Source of the DNA: Octopus sinensis
Lineage: Eukaryota
Direction of reading: 5' to 3'
Assembly: GCF_006345805.1 (NCBI RefSeq)
Contig: NC_043007.1
Location: 35,898,001-35,962,000, forward strand
DNA length: 64,000 nucleotides
Below, piece by piece: positions 37,793 through 49,346 of this stretch. Every line of letters begins with the position of its first letter. Position 1 is the first letter of the stretch. A program made the position numbers and the translations under genes. Under the pieces are notes generated by a model that was not told the DNA's origin, ran no database searches, and worked only from the letters and a program-made list of their open reading frames with translations.

Positions 37793-37858
37793 CAGCGAAA
37801 CATGCACCAACCAATGCAACTGCAGAACCTGGTTTGGGGTGAATGCATGCAGATTTAG
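37793..37858 (+). CDS. EGF-domain gene exon: first half of Cys-rich EMI-like leader
   Basis: TTCCTTTTACAG|C AGC GAA ACA TGC...TTT AG|GTATGC; SETCTNQCNCRTWFGVNACRF; phase 2-2; NAGNAG acceptor. Confidence 0.75.
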   Translation, partial: QRNMHQPMQLQNLVWGECMQI

Positions 37859-37869
37859 GTATGCTGACA

Positions 37870-37908
37870 GCTTCTTCTTCTTCTTCTTCTTCTTCTTCTT
37901 CTTCTTCT

Positions 37909-37943
<35 letters not shown>

Positions 37944-38052
37944 TTCTTCTTCTCTTTCTTCTCTTCTTCTTCTTTTCTTCTTCTTCTTCTTTTTCACTCA
38001 TTCTCTTCTTCTTCTTCTTCTTCTTCTTCTTCTTCTTCTTCTTCTTCTTCTC
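37870..38052. repeat. (CTT)n microsatellite
   Basis: Read directly. Confidence 0.95.
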
Positions 38053-38067
38053 CCCCTCCCCTTCCTT

Positions 38068-38450
38068 ATTGAGTGAGGGAGCAGTGCATGCCACCAGAGT
38101 GACACACAGGTGCAAGTATACAAAGCCGGATATGCTCATCATGACCAACCATCTGCTAAGGGTACACCCAGTACATCCATCACAATCCGCAAGTAGCCCA
38201 TCCTGCTGAAAAGGTCCCTGAATGAGGTTCATTTAAGGATGATGAAAGAATCAACCATGTTTCCAGAGGTGAATTATTCAAACTCCGAAGAATTCCTCTC
38301 AACACATGGCTATGATGCTGCTCCACTATTCTTGCTTGTAATAAGAGATGTACATATCATCAGCCACTAAGGGACATGTTCAACTGTTTAAGGTCAAGCA
38401 AATCTGTGTTATTGAGCAGAATATTTGCTGTAGCCCATCTTTTACACTGT
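38068..38450 (-). mobile_element. Family D retroposon-like repeat
   Basis: Homologous to 26322-26870. Confidence 0.7.
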
Positions 38451-38546
38451 GACAAAACATGTACATGTTAACTATTCCAATCAGTTAAGATCAGCCACTT
38501 CCTGGTACCATACGAGGGCATTTATTATTACTGTCATCATTATCAT

Positions 38547-38578
<32 letters not shown>

Positions 38579-38589
38579 TTCAGAACAAC

Positions 38590-38970
38590 CTGCTGTGCTT
38601 GAGGAGACCTATTGAGTCAAGTACATGAACATCGAAATAAATATCAATGGAAATAGTAGTTGTGATACCCGTGCTGGTGGCACGTAAAAAGCACCATCTG
38701 AACGTGGCCGATGCCAGCGCCACCTTGACTGACTTCCGTGCCGGTGGCACGTAAAAAGCACCAACCGATCGTGGCCACTGCCAGACTCTCCTGGCACCTG
38801 TGCCGGTGACACGTAAAAAGCACCCACTACACTCACGGAGTGGTTGGCGTTAGGAAGGGCATCAGCTGTAGAAACACTGCCAGATCAGACTGGAGCCTGG
38901 TGCAGCCTCCTGGCTTCCCAGACCCCGGTCGAACAGTCCAACCTGTGCTAGCACGGAAAACGGACGTTAA
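38590..38970 (+). mobile_element. Family C repeat
   Basis: GGTGGCACGTAAAAAGCACC units; homologous to 58710-59200. Confidence 0.8.
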
Positions 38971-39918
38971 ATTATATATATATGTATATATATATACATA
39001 TATATGTGTGTGTATATGTATATGTTTGTGTTTCTGTGTTTGTCTCCTCATCATTGCTTGATAACTGATCTTGGTGTGTTTACATGCCCATAACTTAGTG
39101 GTTTGGCAAAAATTAATAGAACAAGCACTAAACAAGCACTAAAGAATAAATCCTGGGGTTGATTTGTTTGACTAAAGGTGGTGCTCCAGCATGGCCACAG
39201 TCAAATGACAGAAACAAATAATAGAATAAAAGAAAGAATAATTAATTCTTTGCTTAGATGGTGAGCTGGCAGATGGTGAGCTCTGGGTAAAAGACACTTG
39301 CCCAAGGTGCCACACAGTGGGACTGAACCCGGAGCCATGAGGTTGGTAGGCAAGCTTCTTACCACACAGCCATTCTTGCACCTATTGTTTCAAATTTTGA
39401 CACAAGACCAGCGATTTCGACGGGAGAGTTAAGTTGATTCCATCAACCCCAGGGTAAAATGCTTAGTGGCATTTCATCCAACTTTATGTTCTGAGTTCAA
39501 ATTCTACCAAGGTCAACTTTCAAGGCTCAATAAAATAAGTAGCAGTTAAGCACTGGGGTGGGGTGGGGTGATGTAATCAACTTAACCCCTCCCCCAAACT
39601 TGGTGGACTTGTACCAACATTTGAAATCAATAATTAATTCTTTGTTTAAGGTGGCAACTTGGCTGAATTGTAAGCATGTCGGACAAAATGCTTAGCAGGC
39701 TTTTCTCCTGTTTTTTTTTTTTTTAATATTCTAAATTCAAACCCCAAGAAGGTTTAATTTTGCCTCCAATAATTTCAGGGGGCAATAAAATAAAGTACCA
39801 GTCAAGAACTGGGGGGGTCAACATAATCAGCTTAATCCCTCCTCCTCACAGAATTGTTGGTCTGGTGCCAAAATTTGAAAGAAGTATTAATTCTTTATTT
39901 GTGTGTTTAATTTTACAG

Positions 39919-39986
39919 TGAATATCTCCAGGAGAAATGTAAATGTTGTCCAGGTTTCTACATCTCAAACGAATACACATGTGAAG
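39919..39986 (+). CDS. EGF-domain gene exon: second half of EMI-like leader
   Basis: TTTTACAG|T GAA TAT...TGT GAA G|GTTTGT; EYLQEKCKCCPGFYISNEYTCE; phase 2-1, in frame with both neighbours. Confidence 0.8.
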
Positions 39987-40017
39987 GTTTGTACATCACT
40001 GTACTTTTTAAATGATA

Positions 40018-40270
40018 AAATAATAATAATGAAATTATTGTATACAGTGCTCAGGTGCACCACAACTTGTCAGAAAGTGCATATAAAGTACATGCAGTAA
40101 TGTAAAAATGTCTGGAAAGCGAACAATGTATGAGTCAGATACATGCTTATGTGTGTATGGAGGGGAGAAAATCAGGTGTAGTGTTGGCGAATCTCAGAAA
40201 GCATGGAAGTTTTGAAGGATGCAGTGCTCCGACAACTAACAACTGATGCCGGCAGTTTGTTCCATGCTTC
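40018..40270 (-). mobile_element. CR1-like LINE 3' end
   Basis: (-) EAWNKLPASVVSCRSTASFKT..., with (TTA)n tail; homologous to 52272-52910. Confidence 0.8.
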
Positions 40271-40612
40271 TCTCTTACTGGTTGCATTTATTGGGCTGTG
40301 GCCATACTGGGCCATAAGTCTTTATCAGTGCAGTCAATAACATCAACCACCACCATCACCACCAAAACTACTCCAGAATTTATGTTATTGACTAGGTATT
40401 ACTCATTTTATTGTAATTTGAAAAATTCAAGGCAAAACGAAACTGGGAGAAATTCGAACTTAAGAATATACCCAAGTATATACCGCAGGGCATTTTATCT
40501 GATGCTGTTCCATTTCTGCCATCTACTTGTCATATAATACATTTGCTTTTGTTTGTGATTTTTGTTATTGTTGTTTAACCACACCTCATCTCAGAATATG
40601 CAAACTATGGTG

Positions 40613-40659
<47 letters not shown>

Positions 40660-40751
40660 TATATATGTTATATTTCAGAATGGTCATTTTGCCAGTTTAG
40701 CCAATTCAATCTTGCACAACAAATATATATATAATATATATATATATATTG

Positions 40752-41014
40752 TTGCCAGTGCCGCTGGACTGGCTCCTGTGCAGGTGGCACGTAAAAAACA
40801 CCATTTGAGTGTGGCCGTTGCTAGTACCGCCTGACTAGCCCTCATGCCAGTGGCACATAAAAGCACCCACTACACTCTCAGAGTGGTTGGTATTAGGAAG
40901 GGCATCCAGCTGTAGAAACTCTGCCAGATCAGATTGGAGCCTGGTGCAACCATCTGGTTCACCAGTTCTCAGTCAAATCTTCCAACCCATGCTAGCATGG
41001 AAAGTGGACCTTAA

Positions 41015-41045
<31 letters not shown>
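40752..41045 (+). mobile_element. Family C repeat
   Basis: As 2530-2952, with (GAT)n tail. Confidence 0.8.
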
Positions 41046-41046
<1 letters not shown>

Positions 41047-41576
41047 ATATATATATATATATATATATCTTACCATTATCATCATTGTTTCAATGTCCAA
41101 TTTTCCATACTTGCACGGGTTGTATGGAATTTGTCAAGGCAGATTTTCTCCAGCTGCATGCCTTTCCTGTCACCAACCTTCACCTGTTTCAAGTAAGGTG
41201 ATATATCCCCACAACTAGACATGTTCTGGATGATTGGAAATGAAAGGGCACCATTTGCATGACAGTGACACTTATTTACAATTATCATATAATGTCAAAG
41301 AAAGGAGACAGTAACACACACACAAACATGCACATACATATATATATACAACAGACTTTTTTGAGTTTCCATCAACCAAATCTACTCTCAAGGATTTGGT
41401 CAGTCTGAGGGCTATAGTGTAGTGAAAGATACCTGCCCAAGTGATTGGGAAACAAGCTTATTACTACACAGCCACGTCTATATACTGAAGCAACTACTTC
41501 AATGTAGAAGAGTCAGTTTATCCATTTGAAAACATACAAAATCTGTTTATATTCACCTTTTCTATATTCCTAAATT

Positions 41577-41965
41577 TATATATATATAAAGCTGAAGTTG
41601 TCTGTGTGTGGCATGTTTGGTAGCCTTCAACTAACACTATCTCCTCCGAGACCCTGCTGTGCAAGTTGAGCAAAATTGACAGCATGATAGAAGAAGGCTT
41701 GCTCTTCTTTCCGGAGAAGAAAAATTTCAAATCTGACCATGTTAACACCAAAAATTATTTACATCAAAAAGGTGCTTTTTTTCTATGAAAATCCCCATTT
41801 TTTACGATATTTTGACTGCTCTGTCGCCATTTTTCAGCGTATGTTTTAGAAAAATGTTCCCTTAAAGAGAATAACAAGCTGCATAATGCAAAATTTTTAC
41901 TCTTCAAAAATTCCAATTCTAAAGGGTTGAAACAAACCCGAACAACTCCGGGCGATACTGCTAGT
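41577..41965 (-). mobile_element. Helitron-like repeat family H
   Basis: Reverse complement of 29407-29802, ending CTAGT. Confidence 0.75.
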
Positions 41966-42141
41966 AATACTGTAAAGTTGGTATGTGTGAAACAGTATCA
42001 TTGTCTCTGGGTATGTATAGCCTGGTCACTATTATCTCCCCCTTCCATTCATAAGGTGCTATAATGTTTCATTGCACCATTGTATTAATTTAATAAAATC
42101 TATGAAATCCCACTCTCAAATATTTTCGTTTTTCCGGACAG

Positions 42142-42264
42142 ACGTAAATGAATGTTTGAAGAAACCAGCAATCTGTCAACAGACCTGTATAAACACCATA
42201 GGAAGTTATCACTGTTCTTGCAAAAAGGGGTTTTACCTGGAAAAAGATAACCACACCTGTATAA
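42142..42264 (+). CDS. Calcium-binding EGF exon
   Basis: CAG|AC GTA AAT GAA TGT...ATA A|GTAATT; (D)VNECLKKPAICQQTCINTIGSYHCSCKKGFYLEKDNHTCI; 123 bp, phase 1-1; C-x-N-x4-Y-x-C hydroxylation consensus. Confidence 0.95.
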
Positions 42265-42311
42265 GTAATTATGACTTATTTATTCATTTTTAACCATTCT
42301 GTGATATACAG

Positions 42312-42403
42312 AACATCAAACTGTCCATCCTTTGCTATGCTCTTTTATTGCTGTTCTTGTCATCAGGAGTTTTACCTGGAAGAAAATAAACACACCTGTA
42401 AAA
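42312..42403 (+). pseudogene. Degenerate duplicate of the 3' half of the cbEGF exon (pseudo-exon)
   Basis: YCCSCHQEFYLEENKHTCK; donor changed GT to GC; 92 bp would shift the frame. Confidence 0.6.
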
Positions 42404-42639
42404 GCAATAATGACATTTTATTTATTTATTCAATTTTAACCATTCTATGTTGTACAGAGTATTGATCCAGCCACCCTATGCTGTACTCCTAGTTTACTTC
42501 CAAGAGTTTTATTGCATGCCTTTTGAGAAGAACTCTATCTGTGGTTCAAGCTAGTATGTGTGAAACACTATCATCTTCTTGGGGAGTGTATAGCCAGGTC
42601 ACTGTTATCTCCCCTTCCATTCAACTTCTTCCTTCTTGT

Positions 42640-42861
42640 CATTTTGGCATGTGAAACTGCTAACCCAAATACGTTTTTTTTTTTTGCCTCTCTCCAAGTT
42701 TTTTTTCTGTGTTTCCTTTCCTCATTCTTCTCTGTTAAAGAGCATAGGCTCGAAACATCAAAGGCTTTTCTATTTTCCCTGAGCCAGACTAATACATCTT
42801 GTTTGTTGCTCTCTCACCTGTCTCAATCTTTTGGTTTTTGTATATTTGACCCATATGGACC

Positions 42862-42870
<9 letters not shown>
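42640..42870 (+). mobile_element. Penelope-LTR-like repeat with decayed hammerhead-like motif
   Basis: CTGTTAA-A-GAGC-ATAG-GCTC-GAAA-CA-TC-AAAG at 42732-42763; homologous to 20790-21000. Confidence 0.5.
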
Positions 42871-42896
<26 letters not shown>

Positions 42897-42939
42897 CATG
42901 TGCATAATGGGAGTGCAACTTATATGCAAGTCTTTCCTT

Positions 42940-43345
42940 TTTTTTTATTTGTTACAGTCATTTGACTGCAGCCATGCTGGAACACCACTTTTAGTCGAAC
43001 AAATCGACCCCAGGACTAATTCTTTGTAAGCCTAGTAATTATTCTATCGGTCTCTCTTGCAGAACCACTAAGTGACAGGAACGTAAACACACCAGCTTCA
43101 GGTGTCAAGCGATGTTGGGAGAACAAACACAGACACACCAATAAATATATATACATACATACATACATACATATATATACATACACAATGGGCTTCTTTC
43201 AGTTTCCGTCTACCAAATCGACTCACAAGGCTTTGATCAGCCCGAGGCTACAGTAGAAGATACTTGCCAATGGTACCACACAGTGGGACTGAACCCGGAA
43301 CCATGTGGTTGGTAAGCAAGCTACTTACCACACAGCCACTCTTGC
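42940..43345 (-). mobile_element. SINE family A
   Basis: Full match to the family consensus. Confidence 0.85.
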
Positions 43346-43359
43346 TCCTTATATAGTAT

Positions 43360-43700
43360 ATGTGGTCAGAATTGACATGTCTGAAATGGTATAACTGTCT
43401 CTGTGAGTATATATTTGTGATGAAGATACAAGTTATATGCAAGTATAAATGGTACATGTAATCAGAACTAGTCTATGTGAAATAGTATGACCATCTCTGG
43501 GTGTATATGATTGTAATGAGGGTGCAATTTATATACGAGTACATATAGTATGTGTTGTTAGACTGTCATGCCTGAAATAGTTTAACTGTCCCTGAGTGTT
43601 TATAAAAGCAATAGGAGTGCAACTTATATGCAAGTATATACAGTATGTATAAACAGAACTGATGTGTCTGACATGGTATGAGTGTGTAGTGTACACTTAG
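43360..43700 (+). repeat. Degenerate ~96-bp minisatellite (about 4 units)
   Basis: CAGAA[CT]TG..ATGTCTGAAATGGTAT..CTGTCTCTG..GTATAT...GCAACTTATATGCAAG recurs near 43367, 43463, 43559 and 43654. Confidence 0.7.
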
Positions 43701-44705
43701 TGAAATTTTCTCTCTCTCTCTGTTATATATACATAAGTACGGATGTAGCAGATAACAGCTAGCCTTCAGTCGCTTGGACCCTGTTGTGCCTACTACTCCG
43801 ATTGGTTGGTATTGGCGCAGTTTGTTTCTTTCTCTATTATACGCCAATGTGCAACCCAACCAATCTCAGCTTTCTGATAAGGTCCCATGACACAGTCTTT
43901 TCTAAATCTCCATTTGATCCGACTGGTCCCTATAAAAAGCTAGTTCAACACCGTATTTCATCTTTTGGTTCTAGACCTTCTAAGGTCTAACCAGTGACCA
44001 CAGAGCACAAAGCCAGTTCCAGTGACAACAGACAACAGCAGCCCACATGGGGACTCAACTTTGTCCAGCAGCATTCAGGACCTCCATCTCTGTCGCCTCC
44101 ATCTTAATGTCAATAACATCTTTTTACATACACAGCAACAACAACATTCACTCAGGTCAACTTCTCCTGTTTGTGAATTACTTCACCATGGTTAACAGCA
44201 AATACAACTTGCGAGATCTTCCTGTAGCCACAACTTCTTACACGACATGTGCTTCAACCAGCTCTGCTTCTTCACCACAACTTCTTGTTACAGCACTTCA
44301 ACTATTGTGTACCTTACTATGAACTGGTATTTATCTTCATTGTGTGTGAACATTCTTCTAGCGTCCTGTTATAAACTCTTTCAATGCTCTGTATTTTAGC
44401 TCGCACGCATACACCCTTGTTTGCACACGCATACACATTATGTATGCATGACAGTCTGTCCATTGTTATTATATATGTACATATGATGAACACACAGACG
44501 CACATGTTAACACCTAAATAAAATCTTCTCTTAAACCTTCTATAAGTTGTGCCTTTCTTTTCCTTCTGGCACTCGTACTCATTTAGCCTTTTTGCTTTTA
44601 TCGTAAGCAACCGTGCTGTGTATTAAAGGAGTCATTCATTCGTCACTTCTCCTTTTGCACAGTCATTCTTACAAGTGTCTTAGTGAGTGTATATAATAGT
44701 GGTGA

Positions 44706-45304
44706 CATGGCGGTGAGCTGGCAGAAACGTTAGAACGACGGGCGAAATGCGTAGCCGTATCTCGTCTGCCGTCACGTTCTGAGTTCAAATTCTGCCGAGG
44801 TTGACTTTACTTTTCATCCTTTCGGGGTCGATAAATTAAGTACCAGTTCACCGGGGTTGATGTAATCGACTTAATCTGTTTGTCTGTCCTTGTTTGTCCC
44901 CTCTGTGTTTAGCCCCTTGTGGGTAGTAAAGAAATAGGTATTTCATCTGCCGTTGCGTTCTGAGTTCAAATTCCGCCGAGGTCGACTTTGCCTTTCATCC
45001 TTTCAGGGTCGATAAATTAAGTACCAGTTCACTGGGGTTGATGTAATCGACTTAATCCGTTTGTCTGTCCTTGTTTGTCCCCTCCGTGTTTAGCCCCTTG
45101 TGGGTAGTAAAGAAATAGGTATTTCATCTGCCATTACGTTCTGAGTTCAAATTCCGCTGAGGTCGACTTTGCCTTTCATCCTTTCAGGGTCGATAAATTA
45201 AGTACCAGTTATGCACTGGGGTTGATGTAATCGACTTAATCATCCGTTTGTCTGTCCTTGTTTGTCCCCTCCGTGTTTAGCCCCTTGTGGGTAGGAAAGA
45301 AATA
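44706..45304 (+). mobile_element. SINE family B tandem trimer with a single TSD
   Basis: One head plus three core-tail units; TATATAATAGTGGTGA at 44690-44705 and 45305-45320. Confidence 0.88.
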
Positions 45305-45363
45305 TATATAATAGTGGTGATATTATCATAGAGTGAAATGATTTTTACTTCTGTACAATACAG

Positions 45364-45486
45364 GTAAAACCAACTGTAAGAACATGTATCCCCAGTGTGA
45401 ACACAATTGCACAGACCTCAAAACTGGTCCAGTTTGCTCTTGTAGGGAAGGCTATGAACTGTCTCATGATGAATTTTCTTGTGTTC
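45364..45486 (+). CDS. EGF exon 2
   Basis: TACAG|GT AAA ACC AAC TGT...GTT C|GTAAGT; KTNCKNMYPQCEHNCTDLKTGPVCSCREGYELSHDEFSCV; 123 bp, phase 1-1. Confidence 0.93.
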
Positions 45487-45629
45487 GTAAGTAATTTAAG
45501 TTTTATATCGCATCAAAATCTAATCAAATTTCCAATACTCATCATCATCATCATTTAACATCCATCTTCCATGCATGAATGGGTAGGACAGTTCACAGGA
45601 GGTGGTCAGCTCAAAAAATGTTCCCCTCA

Positions 45630-46258
45630 TTCTCTCTCTTTCTCTCTTTCTATCTGTCTGTCTGTCTGTCGGTCTGTCTGTCAGTCTCTGTCTCCCTCTC
45701 TCTCTCTATCTGTCTGTCTGTCTCTGTCTCCCTCTTTCTCTCTCTCTCTTTCTACCTGCCTGTCTGTCTCTGTCTCCCTCTCTCTCTCTCTTTTTATCTG
45801 CCTGTCTCTGTCTCCCTCTCTCTCTCTCTCTAATCTGTCTATCTGTCTCTGTCTTTCTCTTTCTCTCTCTTTCTTTCTATCTGCCTGTCTGTCTCTGTCT
45901 CTGTCTCCCCCTCTCTCTCTCTTTCTGTCTCTCTGTCTCTGTCTCCCCCCTCTCTCTCTCTCTCTTTCTATCTGCCTGCCTGTCTGTCTCTGTCTCCTTC
46001 TTTTTCTCTCTCTCTTCCTATCTGCCTGTCTGTCTCTGTCTCCCTCTTTTTCTCTCTCTCTCTCTTTCTATCTGCCTATCTGTCTCTGTCTCCCTCTTTT
46101 CTCTCTCTCTCTTTCTATCTGCCTGTCTGTCTCTGTCTCCCTCTCTCTCTCTCTCACTCTCTCTCTTTCTATCTGCCTGTCTATCTCTATCTCCCTCTCT
46201 CTCTCTCTCTTTCTATCTGTCTGTCTGTCTCTGTCTCTGTCCCCCCCTCTCTCTTCAT
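45630..46258. repeat. Compound (CT)n/(CTGT)n/(CTAT)n satellite
   Basis: Read directly; explains ORFs 45571-46564. Confidence 0.95.
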
Positions 46259-46494
46259 GTGTGTGAGCGTATTTCTCTTTATGCGTCTGAGGAAAAGAAG
46301 CACATTTATGTCAGTTGTGTTCAATTGTCAAACTGCACTGACTTTCTCTTTATTTCTCTTTCACTTTCACTTTCTCTTTATGTTTATATTTCTGTGTGCA
46401 GACATGTGACTGGTGTGCTAAAGGTTCAACCATTCAGCCAGTTCATCACCTTCATTTACTTTCATCATATTGAAAATATATGTATTTATTTCAG

Positions 46495-46617
46495 ACAAAA
46501 TAAAATGTCATCGTTCCTTCAACTTCTGTCAGCATACTTGTGTCCCACATCACACAGGATATAAATGCAAATGCAGAAAAGGTTTTAAGCTAGACCCCAA
46601 CGGTTACACTTGCACTA
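46495..46617 (+). CDS. EGF exon 3
   Basis: TTATTTCAG|AC AAA ATA AAA TGT...ACT A|GTAAGT; KIKCHRSFNFCQHTCVPHHTGYKCKCRKGFKLDPNGYTCT; 123 bp, phase 1-1. Confidence 0.93.
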
Positions 46618-46775
46618 GTAAGTATTTCAAATTGTTTATTAAGAATTCAATTTATGTTTTTTGTGCATTTTAACTGGCACTCTGTTAGTTATGATGATGA
46701 GGGTCCCAGGAGATCTAATCAACAGAGCAGCCTGCTCATGAATTCATGTGTAAGTGGCTGTGTGCTCCACAGACA

Positions 46776-47251
46776 TCATCATCATCATCATCATCATTGT
46801 TCGACTGTGGTTGAGACAATGGAATTTACCATGCTACGCCAGACTTCACGGTCCATCATAGCATTACGGAGGTCCTGTTGCTGGATGCCTGTATCCCTGG
46901 AGATTACATCAGGGTAGGAGAGCGTGCACCCTCTGGTATTGTGAGTAGATGGCTTCCAGAGGAGAAGAGTAGAAATTGCCTCGTTTTCAGTTCTACAACA
47001 ATGTCCAGCAAACTGGACTCTCCTACCTTTCACAAGAGATGACACAGGTGGTAGTTTCCATATATTTGCATTTTGGTTGGATGGCGCTTCCACGAGAGAT
47101 TTTGAGCTCTCATAAGGAGGCGAGTGTAGGTTCCATCCAACTGCCTCTCAAGCTTCATTGATAACGTTCAAGTTTCTGAGCCATATAGTAGAATTGGTTC
47201 AACTGTGGCTTTGAAGATTTCAAGTTTGTAGTCTCTAAGTAGAGACTTCAA
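46776..47251 (-). mobile_element. RTE-like LINE 3' fragment (same family as 19069-19749)
   Basis: Same C-terminal peptide ending STTVEQ*; 12-bp TSD GCTCCACAGACA at 46764-75 and 47252-63. Confidence 0.9.
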
Positions 47252-47479
47252 GCTCCACAGACACATGTACCATTAAGGTAGTTCTCAGCAAGATTCAGCA
47301 TGACACAGAATGTCACAAAGCTGGCCCTTTGAATTATGGGTATGACTCGTTATTGCCTGGTGAGTGGACTGGAGAAATGTGAAATGAAGTGTCTTACTCA
47401 AGGATACAATGCACCACCAGGAATCGAACTCATTACTTTATAATCGCGAATCGAACACCCTAACCACCAAGCCACATAA

Positions 47480-47892
47480 CCAGTTGAGCATGTCATTTGA
47501 TGGTTGACAATATATGCATCTCTGATCATGAGCAGAAGTAATGGGGGAGCATCATAGCCATGTTTTGAGAGGAATTCTTTGATGCTTGAATAATTCACCA
47601 CTGGAAACATACCTCCGGAAACACTTCTGGAAACATACCTTATCTAGGGACCTTTCGAGTGGGATGGCTACTCTACCTGAAGAAAATTGTAACTAGGCCT
47701 CACCTGCAAGGTCATGTGCTGTTTACCTCGATAAGAGATCACCGTGCCATGCACATGTGGTTGTGATGCATGTGATCTGGGGTGCATGTGATCAGACAGG
47801 TAGTCATGATGGGTGTGTTGGGCTTTGTATATTTGTACCCCAGTGTCACTTTGGCATGCACTGCTCTCTCACTCAATAATAATAATAATAAT
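47480..47892 (+). mobile_element. Family D retroposon-like repeat
   Basis: Homologous to 18842-19915 without the RTE insert. Confidence 0.72.
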
Positions 47893-48035
47893 TTCAAATT
47901 TTGGCACAAGGACATCAAGTTCAGGGTAGGGGGAAAGTCGATTATGTTGACCCCAGTGTTTGACTAGTACTCTTTTTATTGACCCCAAAAGGATGAAAGG
48001 CAAAGTCAACCGTGGCAGAATTTGGACTATAGTAA

Positions 48036-48088
<53 letters not shown>

Positions 48089-48104
48089 GTAATAATAATA
48101 ATAA

Positions 48105-48621
48105 GACTGACAGGACTATAAAAGCTAATAAACCGGATATTATTATAAAAGATCAGACAAAAAGGATGTGTTTATTAATTGACATGAGTATTCCCTGTGA
48201 TCACAATATAGCGGCGAAAGAATTTGACAAGATTAGTAAATATAAAGACCTGCTAACAGAAATAGATAAAATGTGGCATCTCAAGGCAACTACAGCACCA
48301 GTGATTGTAGGATCTCTAGGAATGATAAAAAAAGGTACTGAAACCTATTTGAAAATGATTCCAGGCTTACCATCCCTACAGGAAGTGCAAAAAATTGTAT
48401 TGACTGGAACGGCTCATGTACTGAGAAGAGCACTATTGCTGTGAAAATAACATCCATCCATGAATTTATTTATTTATTAATTTTTAAATACATATTTTAT
48501 CTGTGAATTTGTATGTGTAATCTGGGAATGCCCTTCTCTGCCCTAGGTGTATGGAAAACACTTGGCGAGAAACGGAAAAAAATTTGAAGAAAGAAGGAAA
48601 AAACATAATAATAATAATAAT
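48105..48621 (+). mobile_element. R4/Dong-like non-LTR retrotransposon 3' fragment (PD-(D/E)xK restriction-like endonuclease)
   Basis: NKPDIIIKD..LLIDMSIP..KISKYKDL..VIVGSLG..GTAHVLRRAL; embedded between (AAT)n tracts. Confidence 0.88.
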
Positions 48622-48912
48622 CCTGAAATTTGGTGGGTGGTGTTAGTTGGTTACATTTCTTTTATAGGTACAAGGCCTGAAATTTTGAGAGAGGGGCAGG
48701 TTGATTAGATTGTCCCCCAACGTTTCACTGGTGCTAAATTTATGAACCCTGAAAGGATAAAAGGCAAAGTCAGCCTTGGTGGAATTTGAACTCAGAATGT
48801 AAGGATGGATAAAATGCCACCAAGAATTTTGCCCCCAACATGCAAATGATTCTGCCAGCTCACCACCTTCATTATAATAATAATAACAATAATGATAATA
48901 ATAATAATAATG

Positions 48913-48958
<46 letters not shown>

Positions 48959-49159
48959 TAATAATAATAATAATAATAGTGCAACACCAAAAAAAAAAAT
49001 AATAGTACAACACCAAAAAACCCCCCAAATATATGGCACACTAGGCATAACAACAACATGAACTTCTAACCTGTTGTCTCTTGAGGTCTCTGGGTGAGAC
49101 TTGGAGCCAACTTGTACAAATATAAAGCAAAAGTCAAACAGAATAATAATAATAATGAC

Positions 49160-49206
<47 letters not shown>

Positions 49207-49346
49207 GTGGTGGTGGTGGTGGTGGTCGGTGGTGGTGGTGGTGGTGATGATGATGATGATGATAATAATAGCAATAATAATAATAATAATCAACAAAAAC
49301 CTTCCAAACTGTGGTTTTATTACCTTAAATGCTTTTGTCATTTCAG

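Noticed and set aside
45571-46564. 231- and 320-aa Ser/Leu-rich ORFs
   Set aside because: Translations of a (CT)n/(CTGT)n satellite in an intron.
46689-46749. AG/GTAAGT-bounded segment after EGF exon 3
   Set aside because: 61 nt, phase-incompatible; has an in-frame stop when joined in phase 1.
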